Origin: a virus
Lineage: Duplodnaviria; Caudoviricetes
Reading direction: 5' to 3' (one strand)
Length of the DNA: 46,650 nt
Virus record (IMG/VR): IMGVR_UViG_3300046710_000270
Coordinates: 1-46,650 of that record
In this document: positions 26,577 through 35,549 of the stretch, one piece after another
How positions within the stretch are numbered: position 1 is the first letter of the stretch
Layout: each line of letters starts with the position of its first letter
Notes under the pieces: model-generated
Told to the model about the DNA's origin: nothing
Database searches by the model: none
The model's input: only the letters and a program-made list of their open reading frames with translations
Made by a program: the position numbers and the translations under genes

Positions 26577-26656
26577 ATTACTGATTATTGATTATTGATT
26601 ACTAACTGCCATCACCAAAGCCCCTGCCCTTAATAATCAATAATTAATAATCAATA
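26577..26656. repeat. ATTGATT/AATCAAT inverted heptamer element (related copies near 33747-33764, 35490-35552, 36092-36121)
   Basis: Seen directly. Confidence 0.8.
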
Positions 26657-26662
26657 CTTTCT

Positions 26663-26911
26663 TTACCCGGCGTCCTTTGCCGGGGCCGGGGCCTTGCCGC
26701 TCTCCGATACCTTATGCTTCATGCCGTTTCGCAGGACGATGACGACCGTGTCGCCATACTCCCCGAAGGACATCACATCCGCCGGTTTCGCCTGCCGCTC
26801 GTAGGGCGTCGATTTGACCGTCTCCCTCCCGGTGTTCTGGTCCTTGACTTTCTTCTGCGTCGCGCCCGTCATCATCAAGCCGTCCAGCCACTTCTTATCA
26901 AGCTCTGCCAT
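26663..26911 (-). CDS. Hypothetical protein
   Basis: MAELDKKW start after GGAGG; upstream extension is repeat-derived. Confidence 0.65.
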   Translation of the reverse strand: MAELDKKWLDGLMMTGATQKKVKDQNTGRETVKSTPYERQAKPADVMSFGEYGDTVVIVLRNGMKHKVSESGKAPAPAKDAG

Positions 26912-26976
26912 ACTCACCCTCCTCGTTTTTCGCTTCCCTCTTCCGAGCGAAGCGGTCTTCCCTCTTCCATCGGTCT

Positions 26977-27000
26977 TTTCACGCCCACCGGGCGTGAAAG
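26977..27000 (-). promoter_or_regulatory. Candidate bacterial SECIS element
   Basis: UUUCACGCCC-GGU-GGGCGUGAAA stem-loop starting 11-12 nt after the in-frame UGA at 27012-27014. Confidence 0.7.
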
Positions 27001-27779
27001 GGTATGCTGTCTCATCCGCAATTGATCGTCTCCTCGATGGGCGCTCCCGGGTCGCGCGGGTATAGCATGTCGATCCCGCCGATTCTGAACGGCTGATCCA
27101 CCGGGACATGCTGGCCGTTCGCCGCAACGTGGGCGGGACGCGCCACTTTCGGGTGGCCCGCATGGAGCCATTGTTTCTCCAGCCCGTCCACGGACTCCGC
27201 CGCCTGATCCATGCGGAGCTGCGTGGCCTCGGAAAAGACCCTGCCCATCTCCGTCTTCGTGATCACCTCAGCCCTCGCCGCGATCGATTTGAAAATGCTC
27301 GAATCGTCGAGATTTTCTCCGATGGCTTTTGCCACGTCGGCCGGCGTCTTGCCCCCGAGCACCCCGAGCGTCAACTCTCCTTTGACCCGGTCCCACGCGG
27401 CGGCGCTGAGGCCGCCGATCCTGTGGAACGCATAATCCTTCAGGGTGTCGAGCACGGAGGTGGAGAGCAACATGCCCCCGACGTTTAGTTGCCCTACGGT
27501 TTCATCCACAAGCGATTTGCCCTGAACCCACGAGGCGTCGAGATTGCCGCCGATCTGCCTCTGCGCCGCTACGCGGTAATCATCGATCTGCGCCTGGATG
27601 GCGTCGAGGTACTGTCTGAGGTGGTAGGTATCCCACGAGCTGATGGCCGCCTTGCCCAGCTCCGCGCGCACTTGCTGCTGCAATTCCTCAAGCAATGACA
27701 GCATCGAGCCGGTCGCTGTCCGGATCCCGGCGTCCTTCTCGCGGATGATGCGTTTGATCGTGGCGTTTAGGGAAGGCAT
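26979..27779 (-). CDS. Mu gpF-like minor head protein, predicted UGA read-through (INCG-U-DSIPFHARWA)
   Basis: RAEVITKTE, KQWLH, RPAH...NGQ...PF and YPRDP...ETINC motifs; ORF track stops at 27012, extension to 26979 restores CxC. Confidence 0.8.
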
Positions 27780-28033
27780 GGAACCTCCGGAGAGGAAAGG
27801 GTTCGAGGGTTCGAGGGTTCGACGGTTCGAGGGTCAACCCCTTCAACATTGTTTTTGCGAATTTGGCCCTGTGGCGCGCGTTTGCCGAAAAGTGGGGTAC
27901 TACTACCTTTGAAGCGCACAAGGGGTGTTATAACTATGTCAATGCTCAACGTCATCGAATCTAGGGGATGCCTGGAGTGACCAACCCCCTTGGATTCCGG
28001 CGTTCGCCGGAATGACGGTACTGGCCGGTTCAC
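27767..28033 (-). CDS. 88-aa bridging ORF containing REP and GGGTTCGA elements
   Basis: ATGA overlap with the portal stop and 13-nt overlap with the gpF start. Confidence 0.4.
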   Translation of the reverse strand: MNRPVPSFRRTPESKGVGHSRHPLDSMTLSIDIVITPLVRFKGSSTPLFGKRAPQGQIRKNNVEGVDPRTVEPSNPRTLSSPEVPCLP

Positions 28034-29595
28034 TTCGCCCCTCCGTTTATGAGATCGCGACGGCTGATGCGTTTGCCTCCAACGGTGGCGAAATCACTCG
28101 TCGCAAAGTCTCCTGACCGTTGCTTCCCGCTTCCATCTTCCATCTTCCTAGCGGCGTCAGCCGCGGTCTTCCCTCTGTCTTTATAGTCTTCATATCCCTT
28201 CTTCGCCGCCTGTTCCTCCAGGTTGGCCCTGACCTCGTCCAGGTCGATATCGACGCCGGTGAAACTGACGATGGAGGCCCAGAGTTTGCGAGCGGTCTCT
28301 TTGTCGACCCATCCCTGCATCTCCGCCCCGGCGATCGCGGTCGCCATCTGGGCCGCCGCCGTCGAGAATTTCGCGATGTCCTTTGATGCCATCTCAGGCG
28401 TGGTGACCGAATACTGCTTGGCCTCGTCGTCCGTCACCCGGAGGTACCGCGCGTTGCGCGCCTGGCGCACCTGGTAGCCCAGCATATCCTCCAGGATGTA
28501 TTTGACCTGCAACTGTTTGCGCCCGAGCATCTTGAGCGCGGGCAGATCCATCTCGGATGCCGTGGCGCGGTTCACGTCGCCGCCACCGCCGAACCAGTGC
28601 TCGGGGTAGCCCCAGCGGCCCATGATGTGGTTCCGGAAAAGACGGGCGCCCGTGGATGCGTCAAGGGCCTCCAGCTTCGGGGCGCTCGGGGTGAGCGTCA
28701 CTTTCTCGTTGTGGCCGAAAACGGAGCCCGGTTTTTTGCTGAACTGCGCGATCTGCTCTTTGATCTCCTTATCGCCTCCGCCCGTCACGAGGAGGTCCCA
28801 GATGAACGCGTTCTGGAGGGGCCACTTGTCAGCATAGTCGAAAAGGAACTGCTCGTAGGCGTCGAGCCAGTCCGCCGTGGGGAGCAATGACGAACGGCCG
28901 CGCGGGGAATTGGTGACGTTGTTGATGGCGTAGAAAAAGCAGTCGCCGTCGGTGAATTGATTGCGCAGGGTCTTCGCCCCTGCGGAGAGGACGAAGTCGG
29001 CTTCCTCCGGGAGAATAGTGCGATACGCCTTCGCGGGGGTGTCCACGAGGTATCCGCCGATCGATCCGGTCCAGGGCCTCACGAGCACGCCGATGGGGAT
29101 CTTCACGTTCTCGGGATCGGTGATCACATCCGATATCGCCGCCGGATCGACGTACCCTAAGCGTACGCGCCCGGTCTGCGCTGCCGTGAACGCCGGGAAG
29201 CAGAGCTCGCCGAAGATGTGCAATTCATCGATGTGCTTCGGGAAGTAGAGCGGCATGCGATTCACGGGGTCATTCCAGAAGCCGTCGAGCACTGCCTTCA
29301 CGTCCTCGTTCTTCGCTTCGTAGGGCAGCCCCTCCGCGACAATAAATGATGTCGTGATGTCGATCAGCCAGCCGGCGAGCGGGTTCGTCTGCCACAACCA
29401 GTAGGCGATCTCGATCATCCGGTCCTGTTCGATGGGCAGGAGGTTGCGGTCGGCCTGGGTGGTCAGCTTGCGCCACAGCGCGTCCTCACTCGCGATATTG
29501 GGCGACGAGAGCGAGGCAGCGGCGAGGCGCTCGGTTACTTTCGCGTCGATGAGAGGGCCGAAGAAAGCGCCCACGAGGCGTTCTTTAAGTTTCAT
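28030..29595 (-). CDS. Portal protein
   Basis: Follows terL; NPLA, FGEL, RGRS.L and G.PEHWFG...NRATA motifs. Confidence 0.85.
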   Translation of the reverse strand: MKLKERLVGAFFGPLIDAKVTERLAAASLSSPNIASEDALWRKLTTQADRNLLPIEQDRMIEIAYWLWQTNPLAGWLIDITTSFIVAEGLPYEAKNEDVKAVLDGFWNDPVNRMPLYFPKHIDELHIFGELCFPAFTAAQTGRVRLGYVDPAAISDVITDPENVKIPIGVLVRPWTGSIGGYLVDTPAKAYRTILPEEADFVLSAGAKTLRNQFTDGDCFFYAINNVTNSPRGRSSLLPTADWLDAYEQFLFDYADKWPLQNAFIWDLLVTGGGDKEIKEQIAQFSKKPGSVFGHNEKVTLTPSAPKLEALDASTGARLFRNHIMGRWGYPEHWFGGGGDVNRATASEMDLPALKMLGRKQLQVKYILEDMLGYQVRQARNARYLRVTDDEAKQYSVTTPEMASKDIAKFSTAAAQMATAIAGAEMQGWVDKETARKLWASIVSFTGVDIDLDEVRANLEEQAAKKGYEDYKDRGKTAADAARKMEDGSGKQRSGDFATSDFATVGGKRISRRDLINGGAK

Positions 29596-29693
29596 AGCGC
29601 GCCTCCGTTCCGGGTTACGGGTTCCGGGTTACGGGTTCCGGACTTTAACGCGCAACTCGCAACTCGTAACTCGTAACGTCTTTTGGCTCTCAT
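29592..29693 (-). CDS. 33-aa repeat-derived bridging mini-ORF
   Basis: MRAKRRYELRVASC...GGAL; ATGA overlaps at both ends. Confidence 0.45.
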   Translation of the reverse strand: MRAKRRYELRVASCALKSGTRNPEPVTRNGGAL

Positions 29694-31384
29694 GCTGCTT
29701 GCCTCCTGCCGAACATCCGGCCCATCAGGTTGCGCAGACTGCCCTGCCGGTCCGCATGGTAGTCTCCCTCTCCGGCTTCAGAACTGACGGTGCACGCCCT
29801 GATGAGCCCCTTCTCGATCAGCCTCTTGAGCATCTCTGTGGCGTCGGGACCGTCGTCGTGGCCGCCCTTGCCCTTCGGACGATAATAGATGAAGTGCTTG
29901 ATCAGCTCGGACATGCCATAGCGGCGGAAGCGGATCCATCCATTCTTGATCCAGGGCTGGAGCGTGACGATGCGCAAATCCTTGTCGACGTTCGGCTTGT
30001 CTCCAGTGATGTTGAGGGTGAGCCCGCGCTTGTGCGCCTCCTTCTCGACACTGTCCTTGAAGAATTCCTGGAACTGAATCTCCTCGATCTGGAACTCCGT
30101 GAAGGGACCGCGCTCGTGGTACGTGAGGATATCGTCCGTGATCTTGTCCGGGTGGCGCTTCTCGATGTCGCCGATGGTGAGGTAGATCACTCCGTCCTTC
30201 ATCTTGCCGCCGACGATCGCGGAAGGGTCGCCATGCTTCGACTTCTTGCCCATCGAGGGATCGCACGCGCCTGCATGCGGGATACCGGCCAGATCCACGT
30301 CCTCATCATCCCAGTATTGGATCCACTCCTCGAGGAAGACCGCGTCCTCCGGGTTGATCGGCTCGTTCTGTTTCTCGGAGTAGAAATAGGCGGGCCCCTC
30401 CGAGACATACATCTTCATCAGGTAGTAGTAGGGCTCGCGCTCCGGCCAGAGCACCTCCGTGCCTGCGAGCATTGCCGCCTTGTGCGACGCAAAGAATGCG
30501 TCCGCCTGACTTTCCGCTTCTTCCTTGCCGATGGTGATGTCCGAGAAGATCGCCTCCCATCTTTCCCAGAGCTTCGATTGCGACCAGGTCAAAATCGCTT
30601 TGAATTTCTTACCTTTCCAGCCCGGTTTTTTGAGGAGGCCGGCGAGGAGTGAATCATAGTGCAGGATTGTACCGTCCACGATGTAGACCGTGTCCGGTTG
30701 GCCGATCTTCATGAGCGCCTTGAAAAACCACTTTTCGAATTTCTTGCGCTGATCGGGGGATTCGACAGCCTCATCACTTTCGAGATCATCTCCGATAACA
30801 AGGTCGGGCCGTTTGGACCCGTGGCGCATGCCCCTGAGCTTCTGGCCGGCACCGGCGCCGCGAACCTTGCATCCGTTTCTCGTGATGATCGTATCCGCGC
30901 GCCAGACGGGGCCCTCGCCGCACGCTTCCGGGAAGTCCTGCTTCAGCCGCTCGTTCGTTTCCAATTCCGCTTTGATAAAGGAGAGGAAGTCCTGGGCCTG
31001 CAGGGCCGTTTCCGACACGGGAAGAATGAATGTGCGATACTTATAGACCAGGCACCAGATGGGCAGAATAAGTGTGGTCCAGGTCGATTTAGCGTTACCG
31101 CGCGGAGCCGCGTCTGCTTCGCGATCTCCATCGCCCGTCTCGATTGCGCGGAAGATCATGGCCGGGTACCGCTCGCAGAAATATTTGTGGAGTGCGGACG
31201 ATGCCGTCGTCAGGTAGTGCGGAAAATAGGTGGTCCCGAAGAATTCGAGATCTCCGGCGCCGCGCTTGATCCGAACGTCGCGTGCCTTCTTATCATCCTT
31301 GAAAGGCTTCGCCTTCGATTGGATAAGCGAACGCAGAGCCTCAAGCTCGCGGTCGAATCGCTTCTCCTGCGGGGTCCTCGGCAT
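29690..31384 (-). CDS. terL: Terminase large subunit
   Basis: APRGNAKST Walker A; RPDLVIGDDLE Walker B; DPS and HDDGPDA nuclease motifs. Confidence 0.95.
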   Translation of the reverse strand: MPRTPQEKRFDRELEALRSLIQSKAKPFKDDKKARDVRIKRGAGDLEFFGTTYFPHYLTTASSALHKYFCERYPAMIFRAIETGDGDREADAAPRGNAKSTWTTLILPIWCLVYKYRTFILPVSETALQAQDFLSFIKAELETNERLKQDFPEACGEGPVWRADTIITRNGCKVRGAGAGQKLRGMRHGSKRPDLVIGDDLESDEAVESPDQRKKFEKWFFKALMKIGQPDTVYIVDGTILHYDSLLAGLLKKPGWKGKKFKAILTWSQSKLWERWEAIFSDITIGKEEAESQADAFFASHKAAMLAGTEVLWPEREPYYYLMKMYVSEGPAYFYSEKQNEPINPEDAVFLEEWIQYWDDEDVDLAGIPHAGACDPSMGKKSKHGDPSAIVGGKMKDGVIYLTIGDIEKRHPDKITDDILTYHERGPFTEFQIEEIQFQEFFKDSVEKEAHKRGLTLNITGDKPNVDKDLRIVTLQPWIKNGWIRFRRYGMSELIKHFIYYRPKGKGGHDDGPDATEMLKRLIEKGLIRACTVSSEAGEGDYHADRQGSLRNLMGRMFGRRQAA

Positions 31385-31432
31385 TATGCCTTTCTCTCCA
31401 TGACCCATGACCCATGACCCATGACCCGGTCT

Positions 31433-31951
31433 TTACGCTGCATATTTCTCCCTCGCCCAGGCGGTGAAATCGTCGAGGTCACGCTCGATGCACGCGAGAC
31501 CCTCTTCGTCGTTCTTGCCGAGCCAGTCCACGAGGTCGCGCATGAAGTCGAGATAGGCAGTCGCCTTGTAGCCCTGCGCCTTCATCTCGATATCGCCGAT
31601 GGTCTTGACCAGGTTCGTATAAGCGAAGAGCGCCTGGTTGTCGGGGTGGTTGCCTGCGGGCAGGCTGTCGAGATAATCGTCATACGATTGCAGCCGCTTG
31701 CGCAGGCTGACGAGAGCCTTTTCCCGACTGCTTATTTTCGCGTCGCCAGCCTTTTGCTCTTCGGCTTCGGCGCGGGCCGCGCGATCGCACCAGGTGAATT
31801 TGTCACGCCAGTCGCAGAGTGTGGGCTTGGTGATGAGATAGCCTTTCTTTCGCAATTCGCGGACCGTGGCTTCTATGTTCTGGCCGCACTGCCGCCAGGT
31901 GGCATAGGAGACCTCATGCGCTTCGGCGGTATAGGATTTACGCGGAGACAT
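31433..31951 (-). CDS. Putative terminase small subunit
   Basis: N-terminal HTH; immediately upstream of terL. Confidence 0.7.
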   Translation of the reverse strand: MSPRKSYTAEAHEVSYATWRQCGQNIEATVRELRKKGYLITKPTLCDWRDKFTWCDRAARAEAEEQKAGDAKISSREKALVSLRKRLQSYDDYLDSLPAGNHPDNQALFAYTNLVKTIGDIEMKAQGYKATAYLDFMRDLVDWLGKNDEEGLACIERDLDDFTAWAREKYAA

Positions 31952-32054
31952 GCCGCCTCCGGTCGCGGGTGATAGGTGATAGGTGATAGGTTATAGGGAG
32001 AAGACCCATGACCCATGACCCATGACCCGTTCTTGTCCCATTTGGAATTTGTCC

Positions 32055-32357
32055 TTAAAGAGCTTCATCTATTCCCTTCTCCCGGATGTGACCGTCGATG
32101 AGGTCCCACCCCGCGGCGGTGAGCCTGCAGAACGAGATGTCGAAGCCATATCTCTTCCGGCTTTCGCAGTGCAGAAAGCCTTTTTCTTCCAGGTATCGCA
32201 GATGGGCGGAGAGATCCTCTTCCATGAGCGGGTACCCGAGATTGTCAAGCGAAAAGCGCAGTACCTTGAAGTCCAATGACCCCGGGTATTGAGTTTTGAG
32301 CAATTCCAGCATCGCTATTCTGATGCGCCTGTTTATCTCCGGCGCGACTCTGCTCAT
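32055..32357 (-). CDS. Winged-helix protein of the Mu-like late region
   Basis: HLRYLEEKG...LTAAGWD...G; synteny. Confidence 0.7.
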   Translation of the reverse strand: MSRVAPEINRRIRIAMLELLKTQYPGSLDFKVLRFSLDNLGYPLMEEDLSAHLRYLEEKGFLHCESRKRYGFDISFCRLTAAGWDLIDGHIREKGIDEAL

Positions 32358-32364
32358 GTGCCCC

Positions 32365-32703
32365 TCACCCGATGTGCTTGCAGTACATACATTCCTCGTG
32401 CTCCCGGCACACCTTCAGGTAGAGCTCCTGATGCTGCGCTATGTATTTGAGCAATACGAGGATCTCCTTATGTTCCAAGTTGTCCTTGGTTACATAGGCC
32501 TGGACCGCATCACGCATTCCCTCCATGGAGTCAGCCTGTTTGGCCGTTGCGATTGCAAGCGCCTCCTGCGTCCCTATGAACTGCGCGAGAAATCGCCCCG
32601 CGAGTTTGTACAGGCAGAGGACGATAACCACGGCGAGCACCGCGCCTGGACCCCAGAAGACAAGTGATCTGAAAAGCGTGCCCCAGCTCGTCAGCTCGTT
32701 CAT
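32365..32703 (-). CDS. Membrane protein of the lysis cassette (holin-like)
   Basis: One TM segment followed by a coiled coil. Confidence 0.55.
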   Translation of the reverse strand: MNELTSWGTLFRSLVFWGPGAVLAVVIVLCLYKLAGRFLAQFIGTQEALAIATAKQADSMEGMRDAVQAYVTKDNLEHKEILVLLKYIAQHQELYLKVCREHEECMYCKHIG

Positions 32704-32706
32704 GGG

Positions 32707-33099
32707 CTAGCCCATCACCCCGGCTTTCTGCGCGGCGGTCTGCTCACTGTCATCGATCACGCCCGGCTGGACGGTGTTGGCGATCGCGACGGCCGTGTCG
32801 ATGAACTGACTGATGTTGGGCGCGATCTGCTTTTCCCAGGTCTCCTTCTGTCCGCCCGTCGAGCAATCGCTCACGGTGGTCGCAATCACCTGCGCGGCAT
32901 TCATGACGAACTCTTTCTTGAGGGCGCCCTGTCCCGCCTCCGTAAACAGCTCATCGGCGGTTGCCATGAGGCTCGGGAGCTTGCCGATGATCTTGATCGC
33001 CAGTATCGGCAGGCCGGCTCCGGGCACAAAGGTAGCCGCGATGGGCAGCAGCAGCTGAACAACCGAGGAAAACTTTCTAAACACGTCCGAGAATGTCAA
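32707..33099 (-). CDS. Holin-like / hypothetical membrane protein
   Basis: Hydrophobic N-terminus; G.GALKKEFV; adjacent to the endolysin. Confidence 0.5.
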   Translation of the reverse strand: MTFSDVFRKFSSVVQLLLPIAATFVPGAGLPILAIKIIGKLPSLMATADELFTEAGQGALKKEFVMNAAQVIATTVSDCSTGGQKETWEKQIAPNISQFIDTAVAIANTVQPGVIDDSEQTAAQKAGVMG

Positions 33100-33257
33100 G
33101 CGTCACCTCCGTATTTATTGGTCTTTTCACCCTATCTCCTTCCCCTTCAAGGGGAAGGCAGGGATGGGGATGGTATTTGTTGATCCCTTCACTGTTACTA
33201 CCATCCCCACCTTTGTCCTCCCCTTGAAGGGGAGGAGATGTTGTGAGCAAACCAGTT

Positions 33258-33725
33258 TCATCCTTCCTTATAAAAATCGTGGCGGCCGATGGTCACCACG
33301 AAAACTTTGTCTTCCCTCCATGCCGGGGTGCAGAGCGCGGGGTTGCAGTACGATGTTGCGTGATCGACGGGATTCGGCTCTTTGCCTGTGAGGATCTTAT
33401 CTGCGATCTCCAAACAGAGAAAGAGCATATGATCGTTGTGCAGCGCGTTGGTCCAGTCTTTGGCGATCTTGAGGAGCTCGCGGTAACCGGCCGCTGCGCT
33501 GACGGAGAGATAACAGGAGAATTGCACGGGGTGGTAGCAAACGCCCTTGACACCCTTGCCCCACCAGGTCGGGTGATCGATGCGGTTTTTGATGGCATAG
33601 CCGACGCCCGCGAGGGCAGGCCTGCCAAATTTGAGGAACTCGCCCCGCGCCTCGCCATAGATGGTCAGGGCCATGGCCTGCAGGTCGTTCAGCGCGTCAA
33701 AGATCGGTCGATCGTCCGCTCGCAT
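33258..33725 (-). CDS. Endolysin, SleB/Hydrolase_2 family
   Basis: TIYGEARGE, NR, QFSC, ATSY and IGRHDFY motifs. Confidence 0.88.
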   Translation of the reverse strand: MRADDRPIFDALNDLQAMALTIYGEARGEFLKFGRPALAGVGYAIKNRIDHPTWWGKGVKGVCYHPVQFSCYLSVSAAAGYRELLKIAKDWTNALHNDHMLFLCLEIADKILTGKEPNPVDHATSYCNPALCTPAWREDKVFVVTIGRHDFYKEG

Positions 33726-33936
33726 CGTGCCTCCGGCACGGGAGAAATTATTGATTACTGATTACTCGCCCTTCGGGCGCATGGGACGAGGGGCAGCCTC
33801 CGGACCGCCCCGCCAGTGTCCCATGTACCGCTATCCGCCGTTCCGTGTTGTATTTCATAATCAATCAACCAGTCAATTCCATCATTGGTAGTTTATCTTG
33901 GGGGGCGCTGCGTGTCTTGTAAAGTGGTTTAGAATT

Positions 33937-34347
33937 TTACTTGGAGGCTGCTGATTTTCTGACGGCTTCTGCCCGGCCACCCTCACCCCTGCCCTCTCCC
34001 CTTGAGGGAGAGGGAGAAAGGGTGAGAGGATCAGTCAATTCGAAAAGTGCGGCCTGATTATCTACCGTGCGGGCGTCCACGATCTCGCGGATCCAGACTT
34101 CCGAGAGACTGTACTTCTTGGCAAGATCGCGATGATTCGCGCCCGTGAATTCGCGGCGGATCTGCTGGTCACGCTTCTTGCGCAGCAGCGTGTCGATTTG
34201 CGGGAAATAGAAGGACAGCCCGCCGAGCGTCTGCGAGAGCTTGACAGCAGCCTCGACGCCGATCACCTCAGCCACCTGCCGGTAACTCTCCGGCAGATCG
34301 TTGATGGTGAGTTGAGCCGCGACAGCGGCGATCCAGCCGTCGCTCAC
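33937..34347 (-). CDS. mor: Mor/C family transcription activator
   Basis: GGLSFYFP and RDQQIRREFTG.N..DLAKKYSLSEVWIREI; C-terminal tail is repeat-derived. Confidence 0.9.
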   Translation of the reverse strand: MSDGWIAAVAAQLTINDLPESYRQVAEVIGVEAAVKLSQTLGGLSFYFPQIDTLLRKKRDQQIRREFTGANHRDLAKKYSLSEVWIREIVDARTVDNQAALFELTDPLTLSPSPSRGEGRGEGGRAEAVRKSAASK

Positions 34348-34403
34348 GGTAAAACCTCGTTGCGGGTTACGGGTTGCGAGTTGCGAGTTTCCGGATTGCT
34401 CAT

Positions 34404-34610
34404 TTAGCCTCCGTCCAAGTCTATCTCTTCAAATTCCAAACGCTCATCCACTCGGCCATGATTATACACGACAAGGCGCACGCCATCATTGAAGCCTTCT
34501 TGCACTCCCAGTTCGTCCGGCAATTCCGAAAGGAGTTGTTTTAATTCGCCCACAGTATGAGCGGTCGGATGGTCCTCTCCTCTGTAAAACTTTTCATCTA
34601 TTTTGGCCAT
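34404..34610 (-). CDS. Hypothetical protein
   Basis: TVGELKQLLSELPDEL small phage protein; tight packing. Confidence 0.65.
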   Translation of the reverse strand: MAKIDEKFYRGEDHPTAHTVGELKQLLSELPDELGVQEGFNDGVRLVVYNHGRVDERLEFEEIDLDGG

Positions 34611-34612
34611 AT

Positions 34613-35209
34613 CTATTCCTCCCTGGAACCCTCGAACCCTGGGGCCCTTGGACCCTTATCTTCGTAGTTCCACGTACACTTGCATTTATTCTGGCTGCGG
34701 AGCAAGCCCTTGAGCCCTTCGATCACGGCGCTTGCTTCGATGCTCAGTTTGATCTTGTCAAGGCCGAAATATTTCTTGAGCCAGCGCTCGAAGCCGTCAT
34801 GCTTGTGCCAGCGGATATCCTCCCGGAGGTGCTCGATCTTGACGAGCTGCTGCGGGCTGACGAGATAGATCGTGTTGTCGGGAATGGCGTCACGCTTGGG
34901 ACGGGGAGCGCAAAGGGTACAGGAAAGGGTTCGAGGTTCACTTGACCCCTTGGCCCCTTGACCCCTTGGCCCCTGTTGTATCCGGAATCCCAGCCTCTTA
35001 AAATAATTTATCAGCTCACTTGCCTGGTCGTATGAAAGCTGCTTTGACGAGCGGACCTTGAATTGATCATAGAGCATAAAGCGGTAGGTCACATCGTCGA
35101 GGCGCAGATCCGACATCGCGATGTGGATCAATTTGATCTGTTTGCCGTCGATCCCCGTTGACGGTTGACGGTTTCCGGTTGACGGTTGCGCGTTCATTGG
35201 TACCTTCAC
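34613..35209 (-). CDS. gemA: GemA (DUF1018) family protein
   Basis: IKLIHI...LDD.TYR..L...SSKQLS; ASAVIEGLK; three repeat-derived insertions. Confidence 0.85.
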   Translation of the reverse strand: MKVPMNAQPSTGNRQPSTGIDGKQIKLIHIAMSDLRLDDVTYRFMLYDQFKVRSSKQLSYDQASELINYFKRLGFRIQQGPRGQGAKGSSEPRTLSCTLCAPRPKRDAIPDNTIYLVSPQQLVKIEHLREDIRWHKHDGFERWLKKYFGLDKIKLSIEASAVIEGLKGLLRSQNKCKCTWNYEDKGPRAPGFEGSREE

Positions 35210-35261
35210 CGCTTCACCTGCCCCTTCAGGGGGAAGGCAGGGAAGGGGGTGGTGTTCATTC

Positions 35262-35480
35262 TCACGGCTTCGCCTCCCTTCTCGCGATCTCCTGCTGCAC
35301 GACTTTTATAGCCGTGACGTGCCCGCCCATGCGCTTGTAGACGCCCAGGAGATTCTTTAAATCTTTTACGGTGAGCTGATCCTGCGCTGCCGTCAGCCTG
35401 CACGGAAGAAACGTCACAGGATCGTTCAGCATAGCCACCAGGATCTTCTCCTTCTCGCGCAGCGTCTCGATATCTGTCAT
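35262..35480 (-). CDS. Hypothetical protein
   Basis: GGAGG RBS; operon context. Confidence 0.55.
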   Translation of the reverse strand: MTDIETLREKEKILVAMLNDPVTFLPCRLTAAQDQLTVKDLKNLLGVYKRMGGHVTAIKVVQQEIARREAKP

Positions 35481-35549
35481 GAAGCCTCCGATTATTGATT
35501 ACTCGCGCCTCCGGCGCGGATTATTGGTTGAATAATTATTAATTAATAA

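Noticed and set aside
26977-27000. Hairpin as an intrinsic terminator for gpF
   Set aside because: On the coding strand it is followed by A/G rather than a U tract and lies mid-operon; an antisense role cannot be excluded.
27012-27014. Genome-wide UGA reassignment (code 4 or 25)
   Set aside because: Many genes end in TGA with ATGA overlaps at natural domain ends, so any read-through must be site-specific.
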